DNA from: Eledone cirrhosa
Lineage: Eukaryota
Assembly: GCA_964016885.1 (NCBI GenBank)
Contig: OZ024745.1
Coordinates: forward strand, 126,108,001 to 126,172,000
DNA length: 64,000 nt
Direction: 5' to 3'
Position 1 is the first letter of the stretch, and the number at the start of each line of letters is the position of its first letter. Below are positions 40,037 to 52,432 of this stretch, in pieces. The notes beneath the pieces are model-generated. The model was not told the DNA's origin. It saw only the letters and a list, made by a program, of their open reading frames with translations, and did not search any database. A program made the translations under genes and the position numbers.

Positions 40037-41302
40037 TACTCTAGGGTTCTTATATATTTGATATATATTTATCCCTATCGAGCCTCGTGAAATAAATACG
40101 TTTGTTTATATTTTGTTATTGTGTATGCAAAAATATCTGTACACGAATATATATATATATTTAAATAACAGATTAAAGTTTAAGCAAAGAATCACTGCTT
40201 TCAACCTTAACGGGATCTTCTGAAACTAAAAAAATCAATCTGTGAACGCAGAAAATGAATCGCTGCTTTCACCCTTAACAGGATCTTCTACCTAAAAGCA
40301 GTATGAAGTACACTAAGACTAACTGATGTAATCGTTGGCCTTGTTTGTTTATATTTTGTTTTTGTGTATGCACACGAATATCTATATTAAAATAACATAT
40401 TAAAGTTCAAGCAAAGAATCGCGGCTTTCAACCTTAACGGGATTTCCTGAAACTAAAAAAATCAATCTGTGACCGCAGATGTAAATATTTCGAAAAACGT
40501 TGCAACCGAAGGAAAACAGGAAGACGATACTTTGGTTCGTGAAGACGTTCCCTGGCATAAGAATATATATATATATACACACACACTATATATACATATA
40601 TACACACACACACACACTGATCGCGTCATAATGTCGTAATGCAGGATACCAGGCATACATACAGATATTATGAAGGCGCGACGTCATATCGACCATACCA
40701 GTAATACACTTGGTAATTGCTGGCCTTGTGCCAAAAGTAGAAACAATTTTTTATTCAAAGTAATCCAACTTATTTTACAAACGAGGAAAAAAAAATTCTG
40801 GATTCAGTCCCGCACTCATTACTTTATTATAGTTTAAATAATACAGATGGATATGAGGTCCTAGGATTGTCGTTACCGATGGTCATCTCCTCTTCAGGTA
40901 CTCAGGATGTTCGATGTTTCGACGATTCATTTAGGTTAAATATATATTATATGTCCGCAACTAGAACCTTCTAGTATTTTTCAAAATTGTTTTTCTTGAA
41001 GTATTTCGTGTTAAGACACCAGTGGCCTTGTACTGCAACTATCAGTGATACTCTGTCTATTTTTGAGACTTAGGCATGTCAAACACAATATGTAACAATA
41101 CACTTTATCTATTATTAGGATCTCTAAGTTTCTCAACCCAGATTTTCAGTTTTTTGTTATTTAGCTATCATTCTTTTTCAGAGTTTTGCCTTGAAATTGT
41201 TGTTAAAATTTGTCTTTTGTTTTAATATTCTCTCGAAAACTATATATACGCATGTCTGTGTGTATTTGTGAGTATGGGTAGGTGTGTGCGCGCGCCTGCG
41301 TT

Positions 41303-41350
<48 letters not shown>

Positions 41351-41435
41351 AACGTAGGCGCACGCACACACACACACATATATATATATAAGTTAAAACA
41401 ATGAAATAAAAATTCAAGTCATTAGGAATATACTT

Positions 41436-41565
41436 CACTGCTTTACGATCGTTTCTAGGTGATAATAATACATCGTACGCATATTTCGTTATCGATCTAT
41501 GTAATGTTAGTTACAAAATATCAAATAAGGAATATATTTAACTACGTGTATATCGTCAGTCGTTG
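41436..41565 (-). ncRNA. Diverged family D-like hammerhead motif
   Basis: On minus: CTGACGA...~97 nt...CCTA-GAAA-C-GATC-G-TA. Stem I is poor. Confidence 0.45.
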
Positions 41566-42152
41566 TCAAAAGTTATTGCTTTTCAACTGCATCTAACTCT
41601 TATTTATCATATCTATATGTATTAGTATAATGTTATCAATATAAATATACCCATCAATTAAATTAATTTATATTCTTTTCATAGATGTATTTTTTCACTA
41701 ACATTCTTATCGTAAAACTTTAGTCACCTTAGATATTTGTATTGGCATTACTATTTTATAACAGCAACTGCTTGTATACCTTTTACTGACCACCTGACCT
41801 ATTTTCACCCCTAAAATAAGCTTCATTTGGCCAATTATTAACTTTCTATTGGTTAATTCTAAACCTCTTACCAAACAGACAGAATATATTAGATCTTTGT
41901 TGGTTTTATTCAATGAACAAATAAAATTATTTCTGAGGTCAGCATAAGACCTATTTCTTCCCTAAAACAATCCTTCATTCATAATATTCTATTCCATCCA
42001 AAACTGAAATCTACCTTCCTCTACCCATAATTTAAGGTTCTTCTACTACTATATTACTACCTTGACCCTCACTATCTCTCTATTGGTCAATTCAAAACCT
42101 GTTCCCAAACAGACCTATTGTATTGAATCTTTGTTTTTTCAATAAACAAATA

Positions 42153-42298
42153 TCATTATTTCTTTCTGAAGACAGCATATATATGTGTAGGTATGTATAT
42201 TCCCTCTGATAGTTTGTATAAATATTGTACATAGATCTATAGAATATGCATACCAACTCTAACACTTATATATCCTAGAAACGATCGTAAAATGATGA
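42153..42298 (+). ncRNA. Family D hammerhead ribozyme with ~105-nt stem II
   Basis: CTGAAGA 42166-42172, GAAA-CGATCG-TA 42278-42289; reverse-complement copy of 4154-4295 with a 4-nt insertion in stem I. Confidence 0.7.
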
Positions 42299-43367
42299 AT
42301 TTTTTTAATATAAGGAACTGTTTCTTTGTTTATTCATTATTTTATTAATTTATATATGTATATATATATATATACATATATATATGTATATATATATATA
42401 CATATATGTATATATATATATACATATATGTATGTATATATATACATATATGTATATATATATATACATATATATATGTATATATATATATATATATAGT
42501 AATAATAATAAATTTGAAGACTAAAATCCAAAGAGGGCTCGATAAGGATAAATATATATCAAATATATAAGAACCGTAGAGCAAAGATTTATTAAAATAA
42601 CAGATTAAAGTTTAAGCAAAGAATCGCTGCTTTCACCCTTAATGGGATCTACTGATATATATATGGCTGTGAGGTTAAAGAGTTCGCTTCTCAGCCACGT
42701 AGTTCTGAGTTCGGTCTCGCTGGGCAGCACATTAGGGAAGTGGTTAACCAAAGTCTGGTTAGTGAAATTTGATAGACGAAAACTGCAAATACACATGCGT
42801 GTGTGAGTACCTGAGTGTGTATATGTGCCTATTATTACAGGGTTTCCATTATTTCGAATTTATCTTACATATAAATGACAAACAAAGCAACAGTGCAAGG
42901 CCAAAATAACTGCATAACGTATAATGATGACTGAATTTCTCAACAACTCGTACAAACAATTAAACTATATGTTAAACATACCCTATCCCAGCAAACAAAA
43001 AGAGAAACTGCATCTGCCATGTAGGGCACCAAAGTTGATCTTGCCCTAAAAAAGAATATTGTTTTAAGCGCTACAAGAATGAATAATTACATTGTACATA
43101 AGTATTCTTGAAGAACTAACAATTTCACTCCTATCTCGGCAATAAATCTCGTTTATAAGTCGTTGGTGTTGTTTATGTTTGTTTATTATTCTCTGTACTT
43201 TCAGCTTTCATCGAGTTCTCTTATGTATTACTGTTCGTTTGACACAACACACTTTCTTTCTTCTCAGATATTTGTGATAATAAATTATATTCACACATAT
43301 ACAAAACACGTACGCAATCACACACAGACACACATATACATATATATAAATATATATATATATATAA

Positions 43368-43429
<62 letters not shown>

Positions 43430-43444
43430 ACTATTATTATTATT

Positions 43445-43760
43445 ACTTTGCCTTCATCCTTACGGGGTCGATAAAATAAGTACCAGTAATGCACTGAGTA
43501 ATTGCTGGCCTTGTGCCAAAAGTAGAAACAATTATTATTATTATTACTATTATTAGGGCGGTGGATTGGCAGTATCGGTAGAGGGTCGGACGCCATGCTT
43601 TGCAGCACAATTACGTCACTTTACGGACTGAGTTCAAAACCAGCCGAGGTTAACTTTGCCTTTCATCCTTAAGGGGTCGATAAAATAAAGTACCAGTAAT
43701 ACAGTGGGATAATTGCTGGCCTTGTGCCAAAAGTAGAAACAATTATTATTACTATTATTA
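43445..43760 (+). mobile_element. Two tandem Meta-domain SINEs with (ATT)n tails
   Basis: Consensus match. Confidence 0.9.
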
Positions 43761-43761
43761 T

Positions 43762-43794
<33 letters not shown>

Positions 43795-44239
43795 GTATAA
43801 AAGAGAAAACACAGGTAAGCATTAAGAGAAGGATTTTATCCAGGTATTTACGACCGCTTCATTGGTAAGTGCAACCTTACATTGCTATACTGCAAATAGC
43901 AGCCACTCAATTATAATTGTTGTTCACAGTCCAAATTTTCAAAATAGTGAGTAAGTTACTCTTGAAATAATTCTTGATATATAGAGAAAAACATTTATTT
44001 GGAATTGTATTTGCAGTATAGCAATATAAGGTTGCACTTACAAATGAAACGGTCATAAATACCTGGATAAAATCCTTCTCTTAATGCTTACCTGTGTTTT
44101 CTCTTTTATACTTTATACTCCAAGATTGAACGGAATTCTTACAAACTTGTGGAGTTACCCCTAAATGTACGTTGAAACCATCCATGAAACTGGCTTTCTT
44201 AACCAAGAACTGGATCACAATAAGCAATTTTTTGCTTCT

Positions 44240-44245
<6 letters not shown>
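43795..44245. mobile_element. TA-flanked fold-back element (family F) with HHR 3' half
   Basis: 104-bp arms 43795-43898 and 44008-44111. The GAAA-C-GGTC-G-TA motif is intact in a third copy at 45686-45760. Confidence 0.8.
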
Positions 44246-44319
<74 letters not shown>

Positions 44320-44320
44320 A

Positions 44321-44520
44321 TAACGAAGGAATATTGGTAAGGAACCAGATGGACCATAACGCACCAGAGTACTCAATACTTAGGGTAGTAGAGTGGGTAA
44401 TAGGAAAAGGTATGACCCCGACAGCAGAGCTCAAGCCGTTTCAACGGCTATTTCTGAACTAGTCCAGAAATAGCCGTCGAAACGGCTTGAGCTCTGCCGT
44501 CGGGGTCATACCTTTTCCTA
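44321..44520. mobile_element. Family B fold-back element between TA arrays
   Basis: Full minus arm plus a short plus arm; symmetry axis near 44460 (CTGAACT|AGTCCAG). Confidence 0.85.
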
Positions 44521-44645
44521 TATATATATATATGATTCCAGTTCCTCAGAGAAATAACAACCCAACCAGGAACTGGCCATATCGGATATTGACGAAGTCA
44601 AAGACTTCAACAACGTGTGTACTCGTCTCTACCACAATAATTCGG

Positions 44646-44700
44646 ACTGCCTGAAGAGGTCACCGCCAAAGATGGCTGTCACCGAAATATATATAGCAGT
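44646..44700 (+). ncRNA. Minimal type I hammerhead ribozyme (cleanest example)
   Basis: ACTGC-CTGAAGA-GGT..GCCA-AAGA-TGGC..ACC-GAAA-T-ATAT-A-TA-GCAGT, immediately followed by AATAAA; element lies between TA arrays. Confidence 0.85.
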
Positions 44701-44843
44701 AATAAACGAAGCCAAATTTAAAATATTTTACTTATTTATTTTAGTTTATTTTCCGGAGTAACCAAACCAACCTGCGCACTTCGTCGAGTGGTGTTGGTAT
44801 ACAACCAACATATACTCAAAATTTATATATATATATATATTAC

Positions 44844-44898
<55 letters not shown>

Positions 44899-44999
44899 CA
44901 TATTATATATATATATATATATTACATATTATATATATATATATATATTACATATTATATATATATATATTACATATTATATATATATATATTACATAT

Positions 45000-45032
<33 letters not shown>

Positions 45033-45135
45033 ATATATATATATTATATATATTTATATATTATATATATATATATTATATATATATATATTATTATATA
45101 TATATATTTTATATATATATTATGTATATATATAT

Positions 45136-45179
<44 letters not shown>

Positions 45180-45364
45180 AGAGAGAGAGAGAGAGTGAGA
45201 GAGAGAGAGAGAGGGGGGGGTTAAAAAAAATTCTTTAAAACCCGATAAACATAATAGGTAGGGAAGAAAGCGAGACAGATTGTGTTACATCCATTATTAC
45301 TTACGTTTACACATATATATAATGGCAGCTACCTCGCGCTCGAATAAAGCTATCGCTTAAATTT

Positions 45365-45685
45365 TCAAATCCGCTTCTGACACGGAGTTTACAGACATGG
45401 CCTTTGGCAATAGAAATCAGTGGTTGTTTGTCAGGTTCTTTCATGTGCCACTTCAGACCTCCTGCTGATTGGCAGATTGTAACACAGTGATGGCAGATTG
45501 TTATGCCATACACACCAACGTAATTTACAACAGAACTTTTTACATGGCTCCTTTTGTGACACTTTAATCCAGATTTGCTGAGGCAGACTCTCCCAACCGA
45601 TTGACATGCGCAGACGAGTTAGAGGTGGTATCACGACGGCCGGCTGTAAAATCAGTTGGCTGGAATTTGCAGACGACGTGGTCAT
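45365..45685 (-). pseudogene. LINE C-terminal fragment with C2H2-like zinc finger
   Basis: CHHCVTICQSAGGLKWHMK resembles RTE C-terminal CxxC...GLxxH fingers. Confidence 0.45.
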
Positions 45686-46078
45686 ATTTATCCAGGTATT
45701 TACGACCGTTTCATTGGTAAGTGCAACCTTATATTGCTATACTGCAAATAGCAGCCAACAAATTAAAGGTAATCTATAGCGTAGCAGAAGGAAAGAGAGA
45801 CCAAACAGTCACCATCGATGCAAGCATTCAACTGTCAGTAAGGTTGTATTTTTCTTAGCAGAAGGGCGGAGAGAACGAACGGTTTTCTTCTTCTCGTGCG
45901 CTTGGTATTGAACTCCTTTAAAACTGAACACTGTGACGTTTAAATTTTCAACTATATAAATGTTGCTACTTTTGGCACAAGGCCAGCAATTATCTCAGTG
46001 TATTACTGGTACTTTATTTTATCATCCGGCACTACTACTACTCAGCCATTTAGACAGTTCTAGTTAAAAACGTTTTAA

Positions 46079-46457
46079 CCCTTTAGCACTTAAACCGGCC
46101 GTATCTGGCCAGAATTCTCTCACTTCTTTTTGCTCAAACCGGCAATAACCAACAGCTCTTACTTATGTTAAGATATTGTTCTCAAAATAAACAATATCAA
46201 ATAAATGTTTCTACTTTTGGCACAAGGCCAGCAATTACCTCAGTGCATTACTGGAACTTTATTTTTTCGACCCCGTAAGGATGAAAGGCAAAGTTAACTC
46301 AGACCATAAAGGGCCGTAACTCTTTGCTGCAAAGCATGTCGTCAGACCCTCTACTGATACTGCCAATCCACCAAAATATTGTAGCTTCAATATTATGTGA
46401 GATAATTATGTGAGATAAAACCTTTAGTAAATATTGAGTAATGTAAAGGCTAAAGGG
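46079..46457. mobile_element. piggyBac-like MITE (TTAA target) with nested SINE 46200-46372
   Basis: TTAA-CCCTTTAGC ... GCTAAAGGG-TTAA; sister copies at 53744-53931 and 56845-57039. Confidence 0.85.
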
Positions 46458-46793
46458 TTAAAGTGATGTTTTAAATGTATATCGTTGGATTACTTCTGGA
46501 TATTTACTTGTTTTATGCAAGGCTCTGAGTACAACACTGGATGAGGTTGGTGTAGCGACTGAAGAAGAAGAAGAAGAAGAAGAAGAAGCTTTCGACCATA
46601 TTTGCTTATATCAATTATATCCTTGGATACCGAATTCAATTATTGTCAAAGATTTATTTATTCAGCCTAAATGTTTTCCAAGCTCTTAACATATCACACT
46701 CTGGTTAAGAGGTGAGATGCTACTTTTTAAGACAAGACCATTATTCGACTTAGTAATCTTTTCATATGTACAGGAGTATGTATATATAAGGAC

Positions 46794-47035
46794 TGTGGGG
46801 CTGCCGCGAGATAGAGGGTGGGGTATAGAGCTGCTGTGGGGTGGGAGGTGCCGGAAGTTGGGGGACGCCTGACCGGAAGCAGCAGGACGGGGGCAACTCG
46901 AGGGATCAAGGCGTCAAGAGAGGTCTCTTAACTATACGCCCTGCAAGGTGACGAACGTGTGAAGACAGACGCGAGCAGAAAGTACCCCACGTGGACCAGA
47001 GAGACGCAAGGTAAGTCCGAATGCCTCCGGCTACA
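46794..47035. mobile_element. Solo LTR, 242 bp
   Basis: GC-rich island starting TG and ending CA, flanked by a perfect 5-bp TSD AGGAC (46789-46793 and 47036-47040). Confidence 0.75.
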
Positions 47036-47055
47036 AGGACTTTTACGTACATATA

Positions 47056-47405
47056 CAACGTACCCCCGGTATTCGCGGCCTTGGTTATTCGCAGAATTTT
47101 CCTTAGAACCTATCTAATAATTGTTCGTGGAAACCACTGCATATTCGCGGAATCGTAAATATCTTCCGCGATTTTTTATGGCTTTTTTCGTGGCAATATA
47201 TATTTTTTAATATATATTATTAAAGATATACCGTATTTGCCGGCCTTTTTTACGCCCCTTCGCATAATACGCTCTTTTTTTATTATATTTCACGTTATAT
47301 TTTGACGTTTATAGGCATTTTTATGGACCGCGTCCAATATTCGCGGTTTTTCACTCTTCGTGGTGCTCTACGAACATATCCCCCGCGAATACCGGGCGAT
47401 AACTG
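47056..47405. mobile_element. Tc1/mariner (Tigger/pogo-like) MITE
   Basis: TA target; TIRs share CCCGGTATTCGCGG; internal TATTCGCGG repeats. Confidence 0.8.
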
Positions 47406-47757
47406 TATATAAATAATTATACATGTATGTGTGTGTGCGTGTGTTAGGTGTGTTGAATAGTCTTTGATTTTGAAAGCGTACGACAAAAAAGAAGAAAAGC
47501 ATTTATAGGAGATAACTCTTGCTGTCATCTCTTCCTGATTACTTCCCTTGAAACAACTGAGGGCTGTGAGACACTCTATGGTAATTTAGATACGATATTG
47601 TTTTTAAGAAGATCGGTTTTCAAACACATGATTCGAGGTTCGATCCTAACGTATGGCCCCTTGGGTGAATATCTTCTACTGTAGCATCGGGTTGATGTGA
47701 TTGTGTGTGTGTATTTTCTCCGCTTGTATCTGTATATATAAAACTGTGTGTTATGGC

Positions 47758-47814
<57 letters not shown>

Positions 47815-48031
47815 CAGAAGGGATATTCAATTTGTTGGTAATTCAACAAATATAAATGTTTATAACTGATTCAGAGCACTCAACAACTTTTCTGGAGTAA
47901 ATATACAATGATATTAAATTATATAATATACAATGATATTAAATATCCAAGGATAACTTGGACAGTCAAGGTATATTATCCTTGGATATGTCAAAATTTA
48001 TAAAACACACTATCTGATGATACACATTGAG

Positions 48032-48133
<102 letters not shown>

Positions 48134-48175
48134 CAATATATTAATAAATGGAAACTATATTTATAAAACCATATT

Positions 48176-48241
48176 TATTTTATTATACATATTTCAAGGG
48201 CAACCAAGGCAAATTATGGTGCGCTTTCATCAGATAAAATA
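48176..48241 (-). ncRNA. Family E hammerhead ribozyme
   Basis: Perfect 8-bp stem I TATTTTAT/ATAAAATA, CTGATGA, GAAA-T-ATGT-A-TA. Confidence 0.8.
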
Positions 48242-48374
48242 CAGATTTGTTTTATAAATAAATATTGACATACCCGGAAAAATAGACAACCTTAACGGTT
48301 GGAGCTTCCTATCCGTTAAGGTTGTCTTTTTTTCCGGGTATCTCAATATTTATTTATATTATAAAACAAATCTG

Positions 48375-48440
48375 TATTTTATCTGATGAAAGCGCACCAT
48401 AATTTGCCTTGGTTGCCCTTGAAATATATATAATAACATA
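48375..48440 (+). ncRNA. Family E hammerhead ribozyme
   Basis: TATTTTAT-CTGATGA-AAG-CGCA-CCA...TGG-TTGC-CCTT-GAAA-T-ATAT-A-TA-ATAACATA. Confidence 0.8.
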
Positions 48441-48478
48441 AATATGGTTTTATAAATATAGTTTCCATTTATTAATAT

Positions 48479-48549
<71 letters not shown>

Positions 48550-49345
48550 CTCAATGTGTTACTCTATGTTCAAGTGCTTATGTTCATATCATACCTAAAT
48601 TTTGCAGTGATTATTTTTCATGATCTTGTGACCTCAGCTGAAATAGATTTTATATAGAACTCCACGTAGGTCTGTCGCTCATTACATTCCCTCCATCCCG
48701 AATATCAATACCAGAGAGAATCTCTGCTTATGGCATCTCCTTGGGAGAGCCTCTTTATATTTTGACAGATGGTGGTTTCCAAAGTACTTAAAGAGACAGT
48801 TTCATTTGAGATGCAAACGAATGAATGACCTGCGAATCTCATTCGCTTTTTTCTGTACAATTGCAGAAATGTAGGGGAGACAATCGTATTTCTCTAACAG
48901 CCTTATATAGCTTTCAGTTTATATTTGGAAACCAAAGAAGCAATTAATTTCATGACAAGATTAATTTTTTAAATGTTAGTAAATTTTATTTTCTGCCTTT
49001 AGAGAAACAAACTTCCAAAGCATCGTTGTTTGTGGAGTCAATCAAATAAGTTGGGTTCAATCCTACTGTGTGACAGTTTTGGCGTCTTCTATTATAGCCA
49101 TGGCATGAAAGTGGAATTTGATAGACGGAAAATGCAAACTCACGACGTGTATATATATATAAAAGGAAAAAGATCCTATAACTCCTTTTGGAGTCGTAGA
49201 GGCACCGTCATACGGCGTGTATGGGGCACATTTAAACCTGGCGGAGCCGAACCCCCTCCAGGTCTGAACATTTTCTATAGGGTCTGATTTTTTCTATAGA
49301 GGAAGAATCGACCCCGGTACTGGACTGGTACTTTTTATCGACTAA

Positions 49346-49405
<60 letters not shown>

Positions 49406-49406
49406 T

Positions 49407-49625
49407 TATTTATTAAAATAACAGATTAAAGTTTAAGCAAAGAATCGCTGCTTTCATCCTTAACGGGATCTTCAGAAGATCCCGTTAAGGGTGAAAGCAC
49501 CGATTCTTTGCTTAAACATTAATCTGTTATTTTAATAAATATTTGCTCTACGGTTCTTATATATTTGATATATATTTATCCTTATCGGGCCCTCTTTGGA
49601 TTTTAGTCTTCAAATTTATTATTAT

Positions 49626-49683
<58 letters not shown>

Positions 49684-49755
49684 ATAATAATAAATTTGAA
49701 GACTAAAATCCAAAGAGGAGTCGATTCTTTGCTTAAACTTTAATCTGTTATTTTA

Positions 49756-49762
<7 letters not shown>
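49407..49762. mobile_element. Family C compound fold-back element
   Basis: Palindrome centred at GATCTTC-A-GAAGATC (~49474), plus a second inversion across the TA array 49629-49680. Confidence 0.85.
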
Positions 49763-49811
<49 letters not shown>

Positions 49812-50469
49812 TACCTTGTAAGGAGTTCATCTTGAAATGTAGTTTGCGTTAGGAGGATATCCAGCCGTAGAAAGCCAAGCCAACCCCAAAACGGAGCATA
49901 TGAACAAGACGTGGTCACCAGACCTGCCTGGTTTCATAACCTCATGATCCGTCTTATTCATGCAAGCATAAACATTAGACGTTAATCGGTGATGACGATG
50001 ATGATGATGTGTGTGTATACATCCATTTGTACATCTGTGTCAGTATGTGTTTACGTTCCGTAATTAGCGCAATTCGGAAAAAAAAGAGAGGTAGATAAAC
50101 TAAGTACCAGCCTTGAGACATAACAGAAAAGAATTTTGCTCTTTTCTTATATTAGCACAATTTAGTAGAGTGGTGTAGTCGATTTTATTGGCTCCAATTT
50201 TTTATTGAAACTATACCAACCTTCGAAAGAAAGAAAAGCAAAGTTGATCTCGACTGAATTTGAACGTAAAGGACCCTAACCCTAACCGGAACAAATACAA
50301 CAAAACATCTTGTTGAACTCTTAACAATTCTGTCAAATCTACTGCCTCAAAATTTAACTTGTAAACAAAGACGGAAATTAAGATTCCAAGAAAGATAATT
50401 ATAAAAAAAACTCTGCACAGAGTTATCTACCTTATCTTATTTTCAGCTCTCTAATGTTTCAGTCTTTAC

Positions 50470-51065
50470 AGTATATAGTTACGGCCTTTTACTTTCGGAG
50501 TTCAAATCCCGTCGAGGTTAACTTTGCCTTTCATTCTTATGGGATCGGTGAAATAAAGTACCAGTAATGCAGTGGGGTCGATTTAATCGACTTTCCCCTC
50601 TCCCAAAATTAATGGACTTGAGCCTATATAAGAAACCATTATTTAGATTGGCAGGGTGGTGGATTGGCAGTATCGGTAGAGGGTCGGACGCCATGCTTTC
50701 CAGCATAGTTACGTCCCTTTACGATCTGAGTTCAAATCCCGCCGAGGTTGACTTTGCCTTTCATCCTTACGGGGTCGATAAAATAAAGTACCAGTAATGC
50801 ACTGGGTAATTGCTGGCCTTGTGCCTAAAGTAGAAACAATTATTTAGATTGGCAGTATCGGTAGAGGGTCGGACGCCATGCTTTGACGCATAGAGTTACG
50901 GTCCTTGCCATTCTGAGTTCAAATCCCGCCGAGGTTAACTTTGCCTTTTATCCTTGCGGGGTCGATAAAATAAAGTACCAGAACGTACAGTGGTCGATTT
51001 AATCGACTCACCCCTCCTCCCAAATTGTTGGCCCTGTGCCTAAATCAGAAAGCAATATTATTATT
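50470..51065 (+). mobile_element. Three head-to-tail Meta-domain SINEs
   Basis: Middle copy 50655-50838 flanked by a 17-bp TSD ATTATTTAGATTGGCAG. Confidence 0.9.
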
Positions 51066-51234
51066 GTTGTTTAGGAGGTGGTGTATTGATATGCTCAACA
51101 GTATTTGTTCTGGTCCTTTACGATCTAAGTTCAAATCCAGTCAATCTCACTTTGCCTTTTATTCTACCAAGGTTGACAAAATAAGTAATAGTCACTTGAC
51201 TAAGGTCAATATATTCGACCCCACCTTCTCCTCA

Positions 51235-52260
51235 AGTTGGTCAGCTTTTATCACTTCATCCCAAGTTTTCCTAGGTCTATTCCTCTTCCATAGTTACCAT
51301 CAACTTTCAGTGCCCTGCACTTCTTTATATATCTGTCACCCTCCATATGCATCACATGTCCAAACCACCACAATCACAATCTCCTCTCCTGTACACTGCA
51401 TCTGACCCCTCTTATACCTAGTTCCTCTCTCAGTTTACTGGTGCTTTGTGGTTTATGCACACTACTATTACACATCCATTGGAACATGTAGGATTCATTT
51501 CTTTCCAATCTTTGTAGAACCTCTGCACATGTTGTCCAGATTTCACTTCCATGCAGCATTGTTGTTCGTACATAAGCTTCATAAATCTGCCTTTCATTTT
51601 GAGGGAAAACCTTTTCTAGCTAGCAGCAGTAGTAGCTGCCTGAACCTTTTCCATCCTGTTCTAACTCTGAATACTATACTTTCAGAACACCCTCCTCCAC
51701 TGCTAATTTGATCCCCTAGATAATGAGTGGTCGACTACTTCTACGAAGCTTTCTAAGCTTTTAAAGGGGCATGTTTCTTGTGACCTCTTGTGACCTCTTG
51801 CTCCTTACTCTTCCTGTGCATTGGTTACATACAAATTCTACATTCTTTGCTAGCCTGCTTGACATCCCTCTACATCTCTTGTGTACCCATAGTTTGCAAT
51901 TAGAACATAGGATGGAATTTCTACCTACTCCTTTGCTGCACTCTGAACAAGGCCATTTCTCTGAGGGGATCTAGGACTTTTTTTTTCTTTTCTACTTACT
52001 AAAAACTCAGTCTTTGCCATGTTGTCTTTAATATCCTTTAATTCTAAGTCATGCTTCCAGGTTTGGAATTTCTTCTCTAATTCTGCCATAGATTCAGCTA
52101 TAAGGGTTAGATGATCTGAATGAAGGAGTTCCCATGGGCAGCCAGTCAAAAACTTGTCTGTTATAGCCCGCGTGGTGATAATAAGCAGTAGATGGCTAGA
52201 ACAGAGCCCTGGTGCTATGGTGGGTTCTAATGTTCTGGTAAACTGCTTACTGATCCTAAT
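51235..52260 (-). pseudogene. RTE-type LINE RT fragment with Cys-rich insertion
   Basis: TGCPWELLHSDHL (YADDL equivalent), NMAKTEFLV, GRNSILCSNCKLWVHKRC, MLHGSEIW, LGIRGVRCSVQERRL. Confidence 0.85.
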
Positions 52261-52324
52261 ATACACAGAACAATACAGCAGTGGGTATTCTTTTTGATGT
52301 CGCTGTAGTAGTTTTACAGATTTT

Positions 52325-52432
52325 TGTTCTGATGAATTTGACATGCAGGTGGGGGTCCACCAGGGCTCAGTATTCACTCCACTTCTGTTTATCATTCTTC
52401 TCCTGGTCATAACAGAGGAGTTGAAGACTGGC
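52325..52432 (+). pseudogene. Inverted RTE RT fragment
   Basis: DEFDMQVGVHQGSVFTPLLFIILLLVITEELKTG (RT motif GVxQG). Confidence 0.8.

Noticed and set aside
40860-40925. Minus-strand CTGAAGAG with GAAAC upstream
   Set aside because: Boxes are in the wrong order for type I and there are no convincing stems for a permuted form.
50274-50288. Telomeric CCCTAA repeat
   Set aside because: Only two units, within a decayed SINE.
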